A DNA stretch of 27,491 nt from an uncultured virus (IMG/VR IMGVR_UViG_3300034656_000069) (taxonomy: Duplodnaviria > Heunggongvirae > Uroviricota > Caudoviricetes). The notes below the pieces were generated by a model. The model was not told the DNA's origin and did no database searches. It saw only the letters and a list, made by a program, of their open reading frames with translations. The position numbers were made by a program, and so were the translations under genes. The stretch is from IMG/VR virus record IMGVR_UViG_3300034656_000069, one strand, 5' to 3'. Of this stretch, positions 1-8,153 are shown one piece after another (within the stretch, counting starts at the first letter, position 1; every line of letters begins with the position of its first letter).

Positions 1-539
1 ATCGTGACAAAGCATTCGTCAGAGACGGCCTCGAAAGCACCGGTAACGATCTCCCGCGCCTTGTCGGGGAACTTGGCGCATATCTTTCCGAACTCGGAAA
101 CATGAAGATAACGCAAGGTGCCGCCACGAAACGACGTGCTGATATAAAGCGAGCCGCCTTTAGAGAACACCAGCTCACCAGCGGCGTCATTGCTTGCCGG
201 GTTGGCCTGGCGTATCTCGATGGGCAGGTGCTTGTAGGCGTATTGGATCTTTTCACGGAATAGGCGCTTTGCATCGTTCAGCGTGTGGGCAATCAGGGCA
301 CACTTGGCCGACTCGAATAGCGCTGCATCAAGCTGGATGATGCATTGCTCAGTGGTAAAGCCAAGCTGGCGTGCTTTCAAGATCAGGTTGCGCGTGTGCA
401 TGCCTTCGTAATACGCCAGCTGCTCAGGCGTCATGCGGAAGCGAACCTTCTTGCCGCGCTTATCGGTGATGAAGTAGAGGTTGTTTAGCCGAAACAGCTT
501 GTCCCCGAGCTTCTTTAGGTGCTCAGCGGTCAATGCCAT
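1..539 (-). CDS. terL: Terminase large subunit, N-terminal ATPase part (runs off the window's left edge)
   Basis: Manual translation from ATG at 539: MALTAEHLKKLGDKLFRLNNLYFITDKRGKKVRFRMTPEQ...NLILKARQLGFTT (Walker A-like)...LRYLHVSEFGKI (Walker B-like); immediately follows terS. Confidence 0.92.
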   Translation of the reverse strand, partial: MALTAEHLKKLGDKLFRLNNLYFITDKRGKKVRFRMTPEQLAYYEGMHTRNLILKARQLGFTTEQCIIQLDAALFESAKCALIAHTLNDAKRLFREKIQYAYKHLPIEIRQANPASNDAAGELVFSKGGSLYISTSFRGGTLRYLHVSEFGKICAKFPDKAREIVTGAFEAVSDECFVT

Positions 540-542
540 GGC

Positions 543-1061
543 TTATGCCTCTTGGGATAGCGCGTCCATCAAGTCGGATAGGGCGCCTGTGTCTTTATCA
601 CCCTGAACGTCATCAAGGTTGTAGGCCTGACGCTCGCCTTTGATGACCTTCAGTTGGGCGTCTACACCTGCGTTAAGTGATCGGGCAAAGTCGTTGTGGT
701 TGCTAGCGTCTACTTCCATATCGCCCAGGGCATTCATGAGCTTCGTTGCTATGCCGCGCCACTGCGATAAATCTTGGCGATGATGCAGGACTATAGCGGC
801 TGCTTCAGTAGATGCCTCTTCGATTATTTCGGCATCGGTAACCACTCTTGGTTGGTTACCGTTAGTGGTTACCGCCGTGGTTACTTTCTGTTTCGTGGCA
901 GCCCTCACCTTATCGGTAAGATCTCGCTGCCAGCCCTCTTTCTTTGCTCGCTTTAGCACCGTGGCGTGATTAACGCCATGCTTGTCAGCGATAGCACGTA
1001 CAGACAAAGAGCCAGCCCGGAAAGCTGATTCTATTGCCTCCCAGTCTGGCTTCTTGCTCAT
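543..1061 (-). CDS. terS: Terminase small subunit
   Basis: MSKKPDWEAIESAFRAGSLSVRAIADKHGVNHATVLKRAKKEGW N-terminal HTH; SD GGAG before ATG 1061; directly upstream of terL. Confidence 0.85.
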   Translation of the reverse strand: MSKKPDWEAIESAFRAGSLSVRAIADKHGVNHATVLKRAKKEGWQRDLTDKVRAATKQKVTTAVTTNGNQPRVVTDAEIIEEASTEAAAIVLHHRQDLSQWRGIATKLMNALGDMEVDASNHNDFARSLNAGVDAQLKVIKGERQAYNLDDVQGDKDTGALSDLMDALSQEA

Positions 1062-1065
1062 ATCG

Positions 1066-1650
1066 TTACTCCGCTGCCAGTATCGGCAGAATCTTCTCGT
1101 TGGTGTTTTCAAGCCATTTTGAGACGCTAGGCATCAAACCGTACATTTCTTGATCTATCCACATAGCCAGCGCTATCTCGTACTTGCATCGTTCCAGGAT
1201 GCTCATAGATACCCGAGCCTCTTTTATCGAGCCGCGAACAGAAGGGCATCCATCGTTTCGCTTCATAAAAGTCAGCAGTAGGTCGCTAGGGCATTTCTTT
1301 CCCGGCCCCGCCATCCACGGCTGCGAGCTGTGCGCTTTCCACATATCGTCGCCGCCACCCATTAAGTTGAGCAGACTGCTTCGGCGCATCCGTATATGTC
1401 TACGCTCAGCCGCATTAAGGTCGGCCGGATCTGATTCAAGAATAGCCACGCGCCACATACCGTGGTTGTCGGCAAGCCATTCACCAAGCATCTTGTTGTG
1501 GCACATCGAGGGGGATGTATAGATCTGCAGCCTGTTAGCGGGATTAATAGTTTTCCCGACATACACAACGCGACCGTCGCCAGGATCTACTAGGCCGTAA
1601 ACGATAGGGCTTTGAATCTTTCGCGCTTCTTGGCGAGTTAATACTTTCAT
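1066..1650 (-). CDS. GIY-YIG family (homing) endonuclease
   Basis: IVYGLVDPGDGRVVYVGKT...R...AERRHI...LLN matches the GIY-YIG motif series; start set at ATG 1650 with SD GGTGA. Confidence 0.8.
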   Translation of the reverse strand: MKVLTRQEARKIQSPIVYGLVDPGDGRVVYVGKTINPANRLQIYTSPSMCHNKMLGEWLADNHGMWRVAILESDPADLNAAERRHIRMRRSSLLNLMGGGDDMWKAHSSQPWMAGPGKKCPSDLLLTFMKRNDGCPSVRGSIKEARVSMSILERCKYEIALAMWIDQEMYGLMPSVSKWLENTNEKILPILAAE

Positions 1651-1749
1651 AGCTATCACCGTATAGCTGCACCGATTGAGGGTGCAGGGCAACGAGTCGG
1701 TGAACTCGCTTTCGGATGGCCGTCCTAGCCCTGCCTCTTAATTATAACA
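1651..1749 (-). promoter_or_regulatory. Extended -10 promoter and structured 5' leader of the GIY-YIG gene
   Basis: Minus-strand TGTTATAAT at 1749-1741, then stems GCAGGGC/GCCCTGC, CGAGT-TCACCG-ACTCG and AGCTAT-ACGGTG-ATAGCT abutting the ATG. Confidence 0.65.
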
Positions 1750-1772
1750 CGAACGATAGTCGGGAAAATCGC

Positions 1773-1853
1773 TCATATCATCGCCTTATTATCAACGAAC
1801 TGAGACTGCCGTGCTGTCAGCGCGACAGCCTCCAGGGCAGTCTTCTTGGTCAT
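1773..1853 (-). pseudogene. Probable relic 5' end of a terminase small subunit gene (26 aa)
   Basis: MTKKTALEAVALTARQSQFVDNKAMI*; 1828-1861 matches the terS start region 1036-1069 at 27/34 nt. Confidence 0.5.
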
Positions 1854-2000
1854 ATCATTACCTATGGTCAATACACATTAGAGAGCGCCCAGGAAAACGG
1901 AACGCTCTTTGATGCGCATCTACGTCTCTCGACGTGGTGGCGGGATGAGTAGCCCGCCTCTCAGATGGATCACCCCCATTGCTAGAGACAATCAAAAATC

Positions 2001-2159
2001 TTACCGGCGTCGCTTACGGTGCCAGTAGCACGACAGCAGCCATACGGCGATGATGTAGCGGATGCGCAGCCAGGCGTAAGTGCGTCTACTTAGTGTCAGC
2101 TTCGCGGTACAGGCCAGCCCTAGCGCGCTCTTGCTCGACTTTTCCTTGCTGCCAACCAT
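2001..2159 (-). CDS. Small cationic/hydrophobic peptide (52 aa), candidate lysis accessory
   Basis: MVGSKEKSSKSALGLACTAKLTLSRRTYAWLRIRYIIAVWLLSCYWHRKRRR*; overlaps the 3' end of the preceding holin-like gene in the +1 frame; AGAAAGG upstream. Confidence 0.4.
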   Translation of the reverse strand: MVGSKEKSSKSALGLACTAKLTLSRRTYAWLRIRYIIAVWLLSCYWHRKRRR

Positions 2160-2544
2160 GAACGCCTTTCTCTACGCTACGCCCAGCTATGTACCCACCA
2201 ACGCCTAACGTCATCAGATCCCATAGCGCATCAGGCAGCGGTAGTGTCAGCCCAACACCAAACATCGCGCCCAGATAGGGGGCCAGCAAGTAGTTGTTCG
2301 CGATAATGGCGACGATCACTAGCATCAATACGGGACGCCAATTGCGCTGTGCCCAGCTTTCGCCTTGCGCCTCCGCAAGAATGATCTCCATCTGAGCCTT
2401 AACAACACTGTCTTTTGAGTCGATAAGCTGCGACTGGATCTGCTGCTTTAGCCGGTTGGCTTCATCCTTGTCGGTAACCGCTTTGTCGATAACGCCGAAC
2501 AGTGGGCCGACAATGGTGCTTAGGGCTTTCGATACAAGATTCAT
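2086..2544 (-). CDS. Holin-like membrane protein (3TM / GTA-type holin family)
   Basis: IDKAVTDKDEA...EAQGESWAQRNWRP + TM segments + GVGGYIAGRSVEK; ATGA overlap with upstream gene at 2541-2544. Confidence 0.8.
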   Translation of the reverse strand: MNLVSKALSTIVGPLFGVIDKAVTDKDEANRLKQQIQSQLIDSKDSVVKAQMEIILAEAQGESWAQRNWRPVLMLVIVAIIANNYLLAPYLGAMFGVGLTLPLPDALWDLMTLGVGGYIAGRSVEKGVHGWQQGKVEQERARAGLYREADTK

Positions 2545-2861
2545 TTCGCACCCCGCACGCGGTCGGCTACTGCCATCAGAATAATGTCGATACCGCGAGG
2601 GCCTACCCACCCGCAGATAACCGCTACCGCCGTCGATGGCCAGCCATCCAGGTCGAACCAGATGTTGATGCCAGCCGCGATAACGCACATGACGATAAGC
2701 GCCGGGACATCAAGCAGTAAGCGCTTCGTAAAGAACCTGTCCCGCTCACCGGTTTTGATCTCGGCGGTAACTTTAGCGATGAATCCCATAAATACCGCTC
2801 CCGCCAGCGTAATCGCCAGCAGTGCTTCCTGAAGCCACCCAGAGTTTCTCCATGGCATCAC
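2541..2861 (-). CDS. Holin (LydA-like, ~3 TM helices)
   Basis: 106 aa, three hydrophobic segments, AVICGWVGPRGI, basic C-terminus; adjacent to endolysin. Confidence 0.7.
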   Translation of the reverse strand: MMPWRNSGWLQEALLAITLAGAVFMGFIAKVTAEIKTGERDRFFTKRLLLDVPALIVMCVIAAGINIWFDLDGWPSTAVAVICGWVGPRGIDIILMAVADRVRGAK

Positions 2862-3484
2862 GCGCCCCCTGTATCAATTTCGGCATAGAGGGAAAGGGCG
2901 ATACGCTCGCCGTGGTCGCTCTCGACCTCCTGGCGTAGATGCACGACACGTTTAAACCATCCGTAAGCGAAATCCTCTTGCCGCTCGTCCCGCTCGGCCA
3001 GCCCGCGACAGAAGGCGATACGCACGCCGTTGATCGACTCGGCCAGGACGTAAACGCCTGCGCCGCCCCGGTGCTTTCGGTAGGCGTCGAGGGCGCTCAG
3101 GGTCGAGGGGCCTACTGCGCCGTCAACTTTGAGGTCAGGGAATAGACGCCCACGGTTATTGAGCACGTTCAATGTGCGCTGTAGTTCTTGAGCTGAGCGG
3201 CCTGGGCCAGAGTGGACGCCGTAATCAAACAGGTATTCGGCAAGCGTTGAGCTGATAGGCGCGATACGGTCCAGCCGAATGCTGTTCCAGTAGCGAGCCT
3301 CATAGATTTTTACCGCCAGAGAGCGGGGCAGATTGCGCATATCCCCGTGGTAGCCGTTCTCACGCGCCACGGCCTGGGTGATGCCGTAGTTCGTCGGGCC
3401 GCCACGGTCGGATTTATGGTCGACGTAACCGCCTTCGCGGTCGATGACCGAGGCCACCAACCGTTGTTTTAGGCTGGTAGCCAT
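2858..3484 (-). CDS. Endolysin, glycoside hydrolase family 108 with peptidoglycan-binding domain
   Basis: REGGYVDHKSDRGGPTNYGIT catalytic motif; LKVDGAVGPSTL; FAYGWFKRV; SD GAGGTG before ATG 3484. Confidence 0.92.
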   Translation of the reverse strand: MATSLKQRLVASVIDREGGYVDHKSDRGGPTNYGITQAVARENGYHGDMRNLPRSLAVKIYEARYWNSIRLDRIAPISSTLAEYLFDYGVHSGPGRSAQELQRTLNVLNNRGRLFPDLKVDGAVGPSTLSALDAYRKHRGGAGVYVLAESINGVRIAFCRGLAERDERQEDFAYGWFKRVVHLRQEVESDHGERIALSLYAEIDTGGA

Positions 3485-3496
3485 TGGACACCTCAG

Positions 3497-3526
3497 AAAT
3501 AAAAGAGCCGCCAAGGGGAGGGCGGC
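3497..3526 (-). terminator. Intrinsic terminator-like hairpin before the endolysin
   Basis: GCCGCC-N8-GGCGGC followed by TCTTTTATTT on minus strand. Confidence 0.55.
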
Positions 3527-3585
3527 AAGATCGAAAGGGGAGCCGCTCTGTGTTTGCCCGGGGTCATAGCCGGAGGCGGCATAAT

Positions 3586-3623
3586 AAAAAAACCCCCAAG
3601 CACTGCCGAGGCAATGATGGGGG
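3586..3623 (-). terminator. Intrinsic terminator in late leader
   Basis: CCCCCA...TGGGGG stem followed by T7 on minus strand. Confidence 0.65.
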
Positions 3624-3688
3624 CCAGGTTAAGACTGGCCGCGCATAACGGGGCCGTATCCGCTTCTACGCATGGTAGATCGGAAAGC

Positions 3689-3717
3689 AAAAAGGCCCGC
3701 CGGTTGGGGCGAGCCTT
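3689..3717 (-). terminator. tR'-like terminator
   Basis: GGCTCGCC-N6-GGCGGGCC followed by TTTTT, ~45 nt after the predicted pR' start. Confidence 0.7.
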
Positions 3718-3764
3718 AGAATCAAGGGCTGGTGAAGCGCAATTTGTCCAGCTTAGTGATTAAT

Positions 3765-3793
3765 ACTTTATCCGAACCTTATTTGGAGGTCAA
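3765..3793 (-). promoter_or_regulatory. Late promoter pR'-like
   Basis: TTGACC-17 bp-TAAAGT immediately after the Q-like stop codon and before terminators and lysis genes, as in lambdoid phages. Confidence 0.65.
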
Positions 3794-3796
3794 GGT

Positions 3797-4402
3797 TTAT
3801 GCTGCATTTTTGTACAGCCTGTTGGTCTGCTTAATCACTTGGTATATCGGCTCCATGGCCTGGCTTTCCAGTGAAGCCATAATGTCGCCGATCTTTGACC
3901 ACTCGCGGTGCCATCCATCCTGCAGCCAATTCTTAGAAACAATCTTCACGCCCATGTATTCCCGGCAATAAAATGCTATCTCCAATGGCTGCCATAGCGG
4001 CCTTGAGCCATCCATATCATTCCTATCCTGCATCATGCGCGCCTGAATAAGCGCCTCTACGCGCTCTTTGCGTGCAGTGCGGTAACTGGACCACTCGGGC
4101 GTTTTCTCGATGTACAGCGCAAGAATGGCCTCGGCTACGTCATCTAGGTGCTGGTTAGCTGCACCAGTGTCCGCTAAACAAAGCCAATGCCCAACGGAAG
4201 CCAGCAGGGGAGACTCCCGCTCCATGCGTCGGATGGCGGAATAAACGGGCGTGTACTCATCCCCAAAGCAGCCGCCACTCTTGGCCCCGCTGGTCTGCAC
4301 CTTTGCGCCTGCCTCTTCGAGATCGGCTGCCGCCTGGGTGCGTATACCCGATTCGAAGGCGTTTGCCCATGAGACGCGAGGATTACTGTCCAAATAGCTC
4401 AT
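3797..4402 (-). CDS. Putative late-gene antiterminator (Q-like)
   Basis: 201 aa; last gene of the nin region directly before pR'/tR' and lysis genes. Positional call. Confidence 0.6.
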   Translation of the reverse strand: MSYLDSNPRVSWANAFESGIRTQAAADLEEAGAKVQTSGAKSGGCFGDEYTPVYSAIRRMERESPLLASVGHWLCLADTGAANQHLDDVAEAILALYIEKTPEWSSYRTARKERVEALIQARMMQDRNDMDGSRPLWQPLEIAFYCREYMGVKIVSKNWLQDGWHREWSKIGDIMASLESQAMEPIYQVIKQTNRLYKNAA

Positions 4403-4590
4403 ACTGCCCCCTTATGCTTTTCCGCAATGCGCCGCGCTCCATTGCCGTTCTGTGCGTCACCAATCTCTTTTCCGCTGAAGTACACCGTGAACAGATCCGC
4501 GCCACCCAATGTGAAGCGGCTAATCTGGTAGTGGCCGCAATCGGAGACGATGCAGCGGTCGTTGTTGACGGTTTTCTGTTTCCACTTCAT
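4399..4590 (-). CDS. Hypothetical phage protein
   Basis: MKWKQKTVNN...; ATGA overlaps on both sides. Confidence 0.65.
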   Translation of the reverse strand: MKWKQKTVNNDRCIVSDCGHYQISRFTLGGADLFTVYFSGKEIGDAQNGNGARRIAEKHKGAV

Positions 4591-4733
4591 CGCGTCACCA
4601 TTCGCCAGCAGTACAGCGTGGTATGCCCGGCGTCGCGGCACTCGGCCCAGATGATGACGCCGGACGCAGCGCCCAACGCCAGCAGGGCTGTCGTGGTAAC
4701 GCCGAAGAAGATCAGGGCTGCTTTCTGGCTCAT
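4587..4733 (-). CDS. Small membrane protein
   Basis: MSQKAALIFFGVTTTALLALGAASGVIIW...; SD GAGGTGG; ATGA overlaps. Confidence 0.6.
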   Translation of the reverse strand: MSQKAALIFFGVTTTALLALGAASGVIIWAECRDAGHTTLYCWRMVTR

Positions 4734-5119
4734 GCCGCCACCTCGCCTACAGGAATGATCTCGACCCAAACGCCGGTATCGCCTTTGCGATCAATCAGCG
4801 CGGGCGTATTGGTCACGTTGCGCACGTACTCGTCGGTGTCGTCATGCAGCACCTTGGCCTTCACTAGCGCATCCTCGACCAACTTGGCCGTCATGCTGTT
4901 GTTGCTGGTGTCGCGCTTGCGGACGCCTTTCCCGAGCTGTGGCGTGAATACAAGGTCAACGCGGGTCGATATCGGTATGTCGATATCGAGCTGACGAACG
5001 ACCGCCTTGACCGCCTTCAGCGCACCATCCTTGGCGCGCTTGCGCACTGACCAATGCACGCCTGAGTAAATATCGTTGGTGCTTGGGCCGTAGAAGGGGA
5101 TGAATAGGCGCATGATCAA
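4730..5119 (-). CDS. rusA: RusA-like Holliday junction resolvase
   Basis: GPSTNDIY...RKRDTSN...KLVEDALVKAKVLHDD acidic catalytic pattern; nin-region position. Confidence 0.75.
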   Translation of the reverse strand: MIMRLFIPFYGPSTNDIYSGVHWSVRKRAKDGALKAVKAVVRQLDIDIPISTRVDLVFTPQLGKGVRKRDTSNNSMTAKLVEDALVKAKVLHDDTDEYVRNVTNTPALIDRKGDTGVWVEIIPVGEVAA

Positions 5120-5319
5120 TCCCCCTCGACTTCGTGATGGCGGTCTGCGATTAGCTCATCACACAGCGCAAGCGCGGCTTCTTGGGCTTCTTCTTTCGCG
5201 TTTTGCCATGCGTAAAAATCGCCCTGCATTTCGCTTACCTGAAAGCGCTCCATTGCAACGCGCTCTGCATGCCGTGCTTTTGCTGCCGCCTGTCCGGTTT
5301 TGCTTGAAATAGTGATCAT
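5116..5319 (-). CDS. Hypothetical phage protein
   Basis: MITISSKTGQ...; SD GGAGG; coupled by ATGA overlaps. Confidence 0.6.
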   Translation of the reverse strand: MITISSKTGQAAAKARHAERVAMERFQVSEMQGDFYAWQNAKEEAQEAALALCDELIADRHHEVEGD

Positions 5320-5435
5320 TGGTCGCAATCCTCCGGCTCGCCCTGGTCATCCAGGCCTTTGAAAATGAATGCGGTGAACGCGATCAACACCGCAGCGCCA
5401 ATGCCTAGCAAAGCGGGGATAATCCAGATGGTCAT
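5316..5435 (-). CDS. Small single-TM protein (39 aa)
   Basis: Manual translation MTIWIIPALLGIGAAVLIAFTAFIFKGLDDQGEPEDCDQ*; SD AGGAG; fills the gap with ATGA overlaps on both sides. Confidence 0.6.
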   Translation of the reverse strand: MTIWIIPALLGIGAAVLIAFTAFIFKGLDDQGEPEDCDQ

Positions 5436-5728
5436 TTGGTAGCTCCTACTAATCCGCGTCTTGTTAGTACATCGAGCGTCAGCACAATGGCGCGATCTAG
5501 GCGGGCGCGACGCTGCTCCTGTGTTAAGTGCCTGCCGTTATCAATCTCATGGTGGCAAGGCGGGCAAATCGCAGCACACAAGCTATCTGATGCCTTTTGT
5601 CCCATACCACGGTCTTGGTTGCTGTGGGCGGCTTGTACGCCCCAGCTTCCGCATAGGACGCAATGCTCGATCTCGTGCACGGCAGATAGCCATTTCCGCG
5701 AGCGGTAGGGTTTTGTTTTAAGCATCAC
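5432..5728 (-). CDS. Zn-binding HNH-like protein (DUF968/DUF1364-like)
   Basis: CVLCG...QAAH...RGMGQKASD...ICPPCHHEID. Confidence 0.7.
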   Translation of the reverse strand: MMLKTKPYRSRKWLSAVHEIEHCVLCGSWGVQAAHSNQDRGMGQKASDSLCAAICPPCHHEIDNGRHLTQEQRRARLDRAIVLTLDVLTRRGLVGATK

Positions 5729-6231
5729 GCGGCCCTCGCTTCTTTGTAATCCTGATATTCTCTTAGCGCTGGCTCCGACCAGTTCACGCCGCTAGCAGCA
5801 CCCAGCGAATACAAAAACTCGATAAAGTCGGACGTGTCTTTAACGCCCCATTGGGTGGTTGATGGCCGAATGGATATGCGCTCGCCTGTCATGGGGTCGA
5901 TCTCTGTGCGCGGCGGTCTCCGCAGCGGATCACCGTTCAGCTCACGCTCTTTGGCAAACCAAATAACCAAGAGCGCCTTACAGGTTTCGGCGTCGTATTT
6001 AGAGAGCGCGACTCGCTTGCCGGGCATAGTGATAACGGCCTGCTTGTTCAGGTCGCCAATCATTGCGTGGAATTTGGCGTTTGATAGGCTCCCGCGCTTG
6101 CTCTCTTGATGCTTCAGTGAGACCTCTACAGGAGCGCGATGAATGCCTCTACCGATTGCACTAGTGATGCGGGCCAATACACCTTGAACCTCGTCGGAGG
6201 TTCGAATGGTGTAGGTAAGTGGCTTACCCAT
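5725..6231 (-). CDS. ninB: NinB/Orf-like recombination protein
   Basis: KRGSLSNAKFHAMIGDL...STTQWGVKDTSDFIEFLYSLGAASGVNWS resembles NinB. Confidence 0.75.
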   Translation of the reverse strand: MGKPLTYTIRTSDEVQGVLARITSAIGRGIHRAPVEVSLKHQESKRGSLSNAKFHAMIGDLNKQAVITMPGKRVALSKYDAETCKALLVIWFAKERELNGDPLRRPPRTEIDPMTGERISIRPSTTQWGVKDTSDFIEFLYSLGAASGVNWSEPALREYQDYKEARAA

Positions 6232-6466
6232 GCTCCACCTCCAGCTCTTGCTCTTCGACGTTTAAATCATGATCGTCAATGCGAATCAGCCAGTCCTCGC
6301 AAGCCAAGTTTGGAATAGGTTTATCTAGCCGCCATGCTGGATTACCATCAAAAAAATGGTCTTTGTCTTGAGCGCGCTCAGTTACTTTCATCACTTTGCC
6401 GATCATGCTTCTGTCTTTATTCGCATTCACGACTAGGGCCATACACCCCGGCTCAATCGGCTTCAT
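6224..6466 (-). CDS. Hypothetical phage protein
   Basis: MKPIEPGCMALVVN...; overlapping neighbours. Confidence 0.6.
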   Translation of the reverse strand: MKPIEPGCMALVVNANKDRSMIGKVMKVTERAQDKDHFFDGNPAWRLDKPIPNLACEDWLIRIDDHDLNVEEQELEVEHG

Positions 6467-6678
6467 AGCTCACCCCGCTTGCGTAGAATCGAGCGGTGCT
6501 GCCAGACCGTGTTGAGGGCTAAGCCCCATTTAGCAGCCACTATCTTGCCCCTGGTTTTCTCCTTCAGGTCGGCAACGTAATCTGCGTTGTTGAGTATCGA
6601 CGGGCGGCTTCTGCTTCCAGGTAAGGGCGGCTGAGATAGCGCTGCCGTCATTGGTTTGTCGTATTTAGTTAGCCGCAT
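6463..6678 (-). CDS. Hypothetical protein, possible C-terminal HTH
   Basis: IVAAKWGLALNTVWQHR; overlapping neighbours. Confidence 0.55.
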   Translation of the reverse strand: MRLTKYDKPMTAALSQPPLPGSRSRPSILNNADYVADLKEKTRGKIVAAKWGLALNTVWQHRSILRKRGEL

Positions 6679-6865
6679 GACGCACCCCCATAAACGCGGT
6701 GAGGCGATCCATAAACCCAGGTTTCGCCAGCTGCACTAGGTCGCTTGCCGTGTAGTAGCGCTCACCATCAGGCGTGGAGCACTTCACCGAACCGTTGCCG
6801 TACTCGATGCGGACAACGATGCCCTTGGCTCGGAGCTGGGCGCGTTGTTTAATTGAAAGGGTCAT
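6665..6865 (-). CDS. Hypothetical phage protein
   Basis: MTLSIKQRAQLRAKG...; start at ATG 6865 with GGGG SD. Confidence 0.55.
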   Translation of the reverse strand: MTLSIKQRAQLRAKGIVVRIEYGNGSVKCSTPDGERYYTASDLVQLAKPGFMDRLTAFMGVRHAAN

Positions 6866-8153
6866 AGTTGGCCGCCCCCGTTTGTTGTGAGGTGAAAGCG
6901 AGGTCGCTAAAGGTGAACCAGCGAAGATGCCCGGCAGCGCGAACGGTGCCGATGTTGCCGCCACGGTGCTTACGAACGATCAGCTCAGCGATGCCTTCGT
7001 CTGGCGTTTGCTCGTTGTAAACTTCATCGCGGTAGAGCATCACGATCTTGTTCGCGTCCTGCTCGACACTTCCCGATTCGCGCAGGTCAGCCATGAGCGG
7101 GCGCTTGTCAGGGCGCGTTTCTACGTTACGGTTAAGCTGGGATAGCAGCAGAACGGGGCAACCAAGCTGCATGGCGAGCATCTTCAAGGCGCGGCTGTAT
7201 TCACCCACCTCGATAGCGCGGTTGGCGTTACGATTGCCTTTGGAGCCCACCAGTTGGAGGTAGTCAACAACGATCAGGTCAAGCGGCTTGCCCTGGTGAA
7301 GTGAGCGACACTTGGCGGTGATTCCCTCAATATCGAAAATGTTATCGAAGCAATGCAGGTCAGCCGCCTTGAGCGCTTTAACCGTCTCGCTGATATTTTG
7401 ATAGAGACGGTCATCATCCCGCGCCGGGGCTGCGTAGCGGTCGGCAAACACTTTGCCACCCTGGCAAAGCATCCGGTCGAACAGTTCGCCTGTGTCCATT
7501 TCCAGCGAGAAGAACGCAACACGCTTGCCCGCGACGGCATTGAGGCGGGCAGCTTGAAGGGCCATGGCGCTCTTGCCCATAGCAGGCCGTGCCGCCATCA
7601 CCACCAGCTCACCGGGGCGCATGCCATAGCTGAGGTTGTCGAGGTCTTTAACGCCGAATGTCAGGCCGATGTGAGAGGCTTTGCCTAGCATCCGGTCTTC
7701 AAGCGCCATGATGCGCTCGTCGATAATGTCCCGATTTGTGCGCTCTGCCTTGGGCGCATCGTCTTCAACACCCAGCAGAAGCTCACGGGCATAATGAAGC
7801 AGCATATCGGCGTCATGGTCAGAGTCGGCTAACGCTGCAAGGCCAGTAGCCAAGCGACGGCGGCGCGCCTTACTACAGATAACCTCAGACCACGCGATGA
7901 CCAGCTCCGGGCTTGTGCTGTAGCACTCACGCATAGCCTCGGCCATGACTCCAATAGGGGCGGCGCAACTGTCAGAGACAGACACCAAATCAGGAGTTTG
8001 CCCCTTCGCGATCAGCGCCTTCATCGTCTGCCAAATTTCTGCGTGAAACTCACCACTTAGGTCATCGGCGCGGACAAAAACTTGGCCTATTAACTCAGGG
8101 GAGCGTAGGCAGGCACCGATTAGCAGGGTTTCGTAGTGGAGTAGTTCGCTCAT
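6849..8153 (-). CDS. dnaB: Replicative DnaB-like helicase
   Basis: AARPAMGKS, FFSLEM, IVVDYLQL, LSQLNR, DLRESGSVEQDA, KHRGG; ATGA overlap with O. Confidence 0.95.
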   Translation of the reverse strand: MSELLHYETLLIGACLRSPELIGQVFVRADDLSGEFHAEIWQTMKALIAKGQTPDLVSVSDSCAAPIGVMAEAMRECYSTSPELVIAWSEVICSKARRRRLATGLAALADSDHDADMLLHYARELLLGVEDDAPKAERTNRDIIDERIMALEDRMLGKASHIGLTFGVKDLDNLSYGMRPGELVVMAARPAMGKSAMALQAARLNAVAGKRVAFFSLEMDTGELFDRMLCQGGKVFADRYAAPARDDDRLYQNISETVKALKAADLHCFDNIFDIEGITAKCRSLHQGKPLDLIVVDYLQLVGSKGNRNANRAIEVGEYSRALKMLAMQLGCPVLLLSQLNRNVETRPDKRPLMADLRESGSVEQDANKIVMLYRDEVYNEQTPDEGIAELIVRKHRGGNIGTVRAAGHLRWFTFSDLAFTSQQTGAANYDPFN

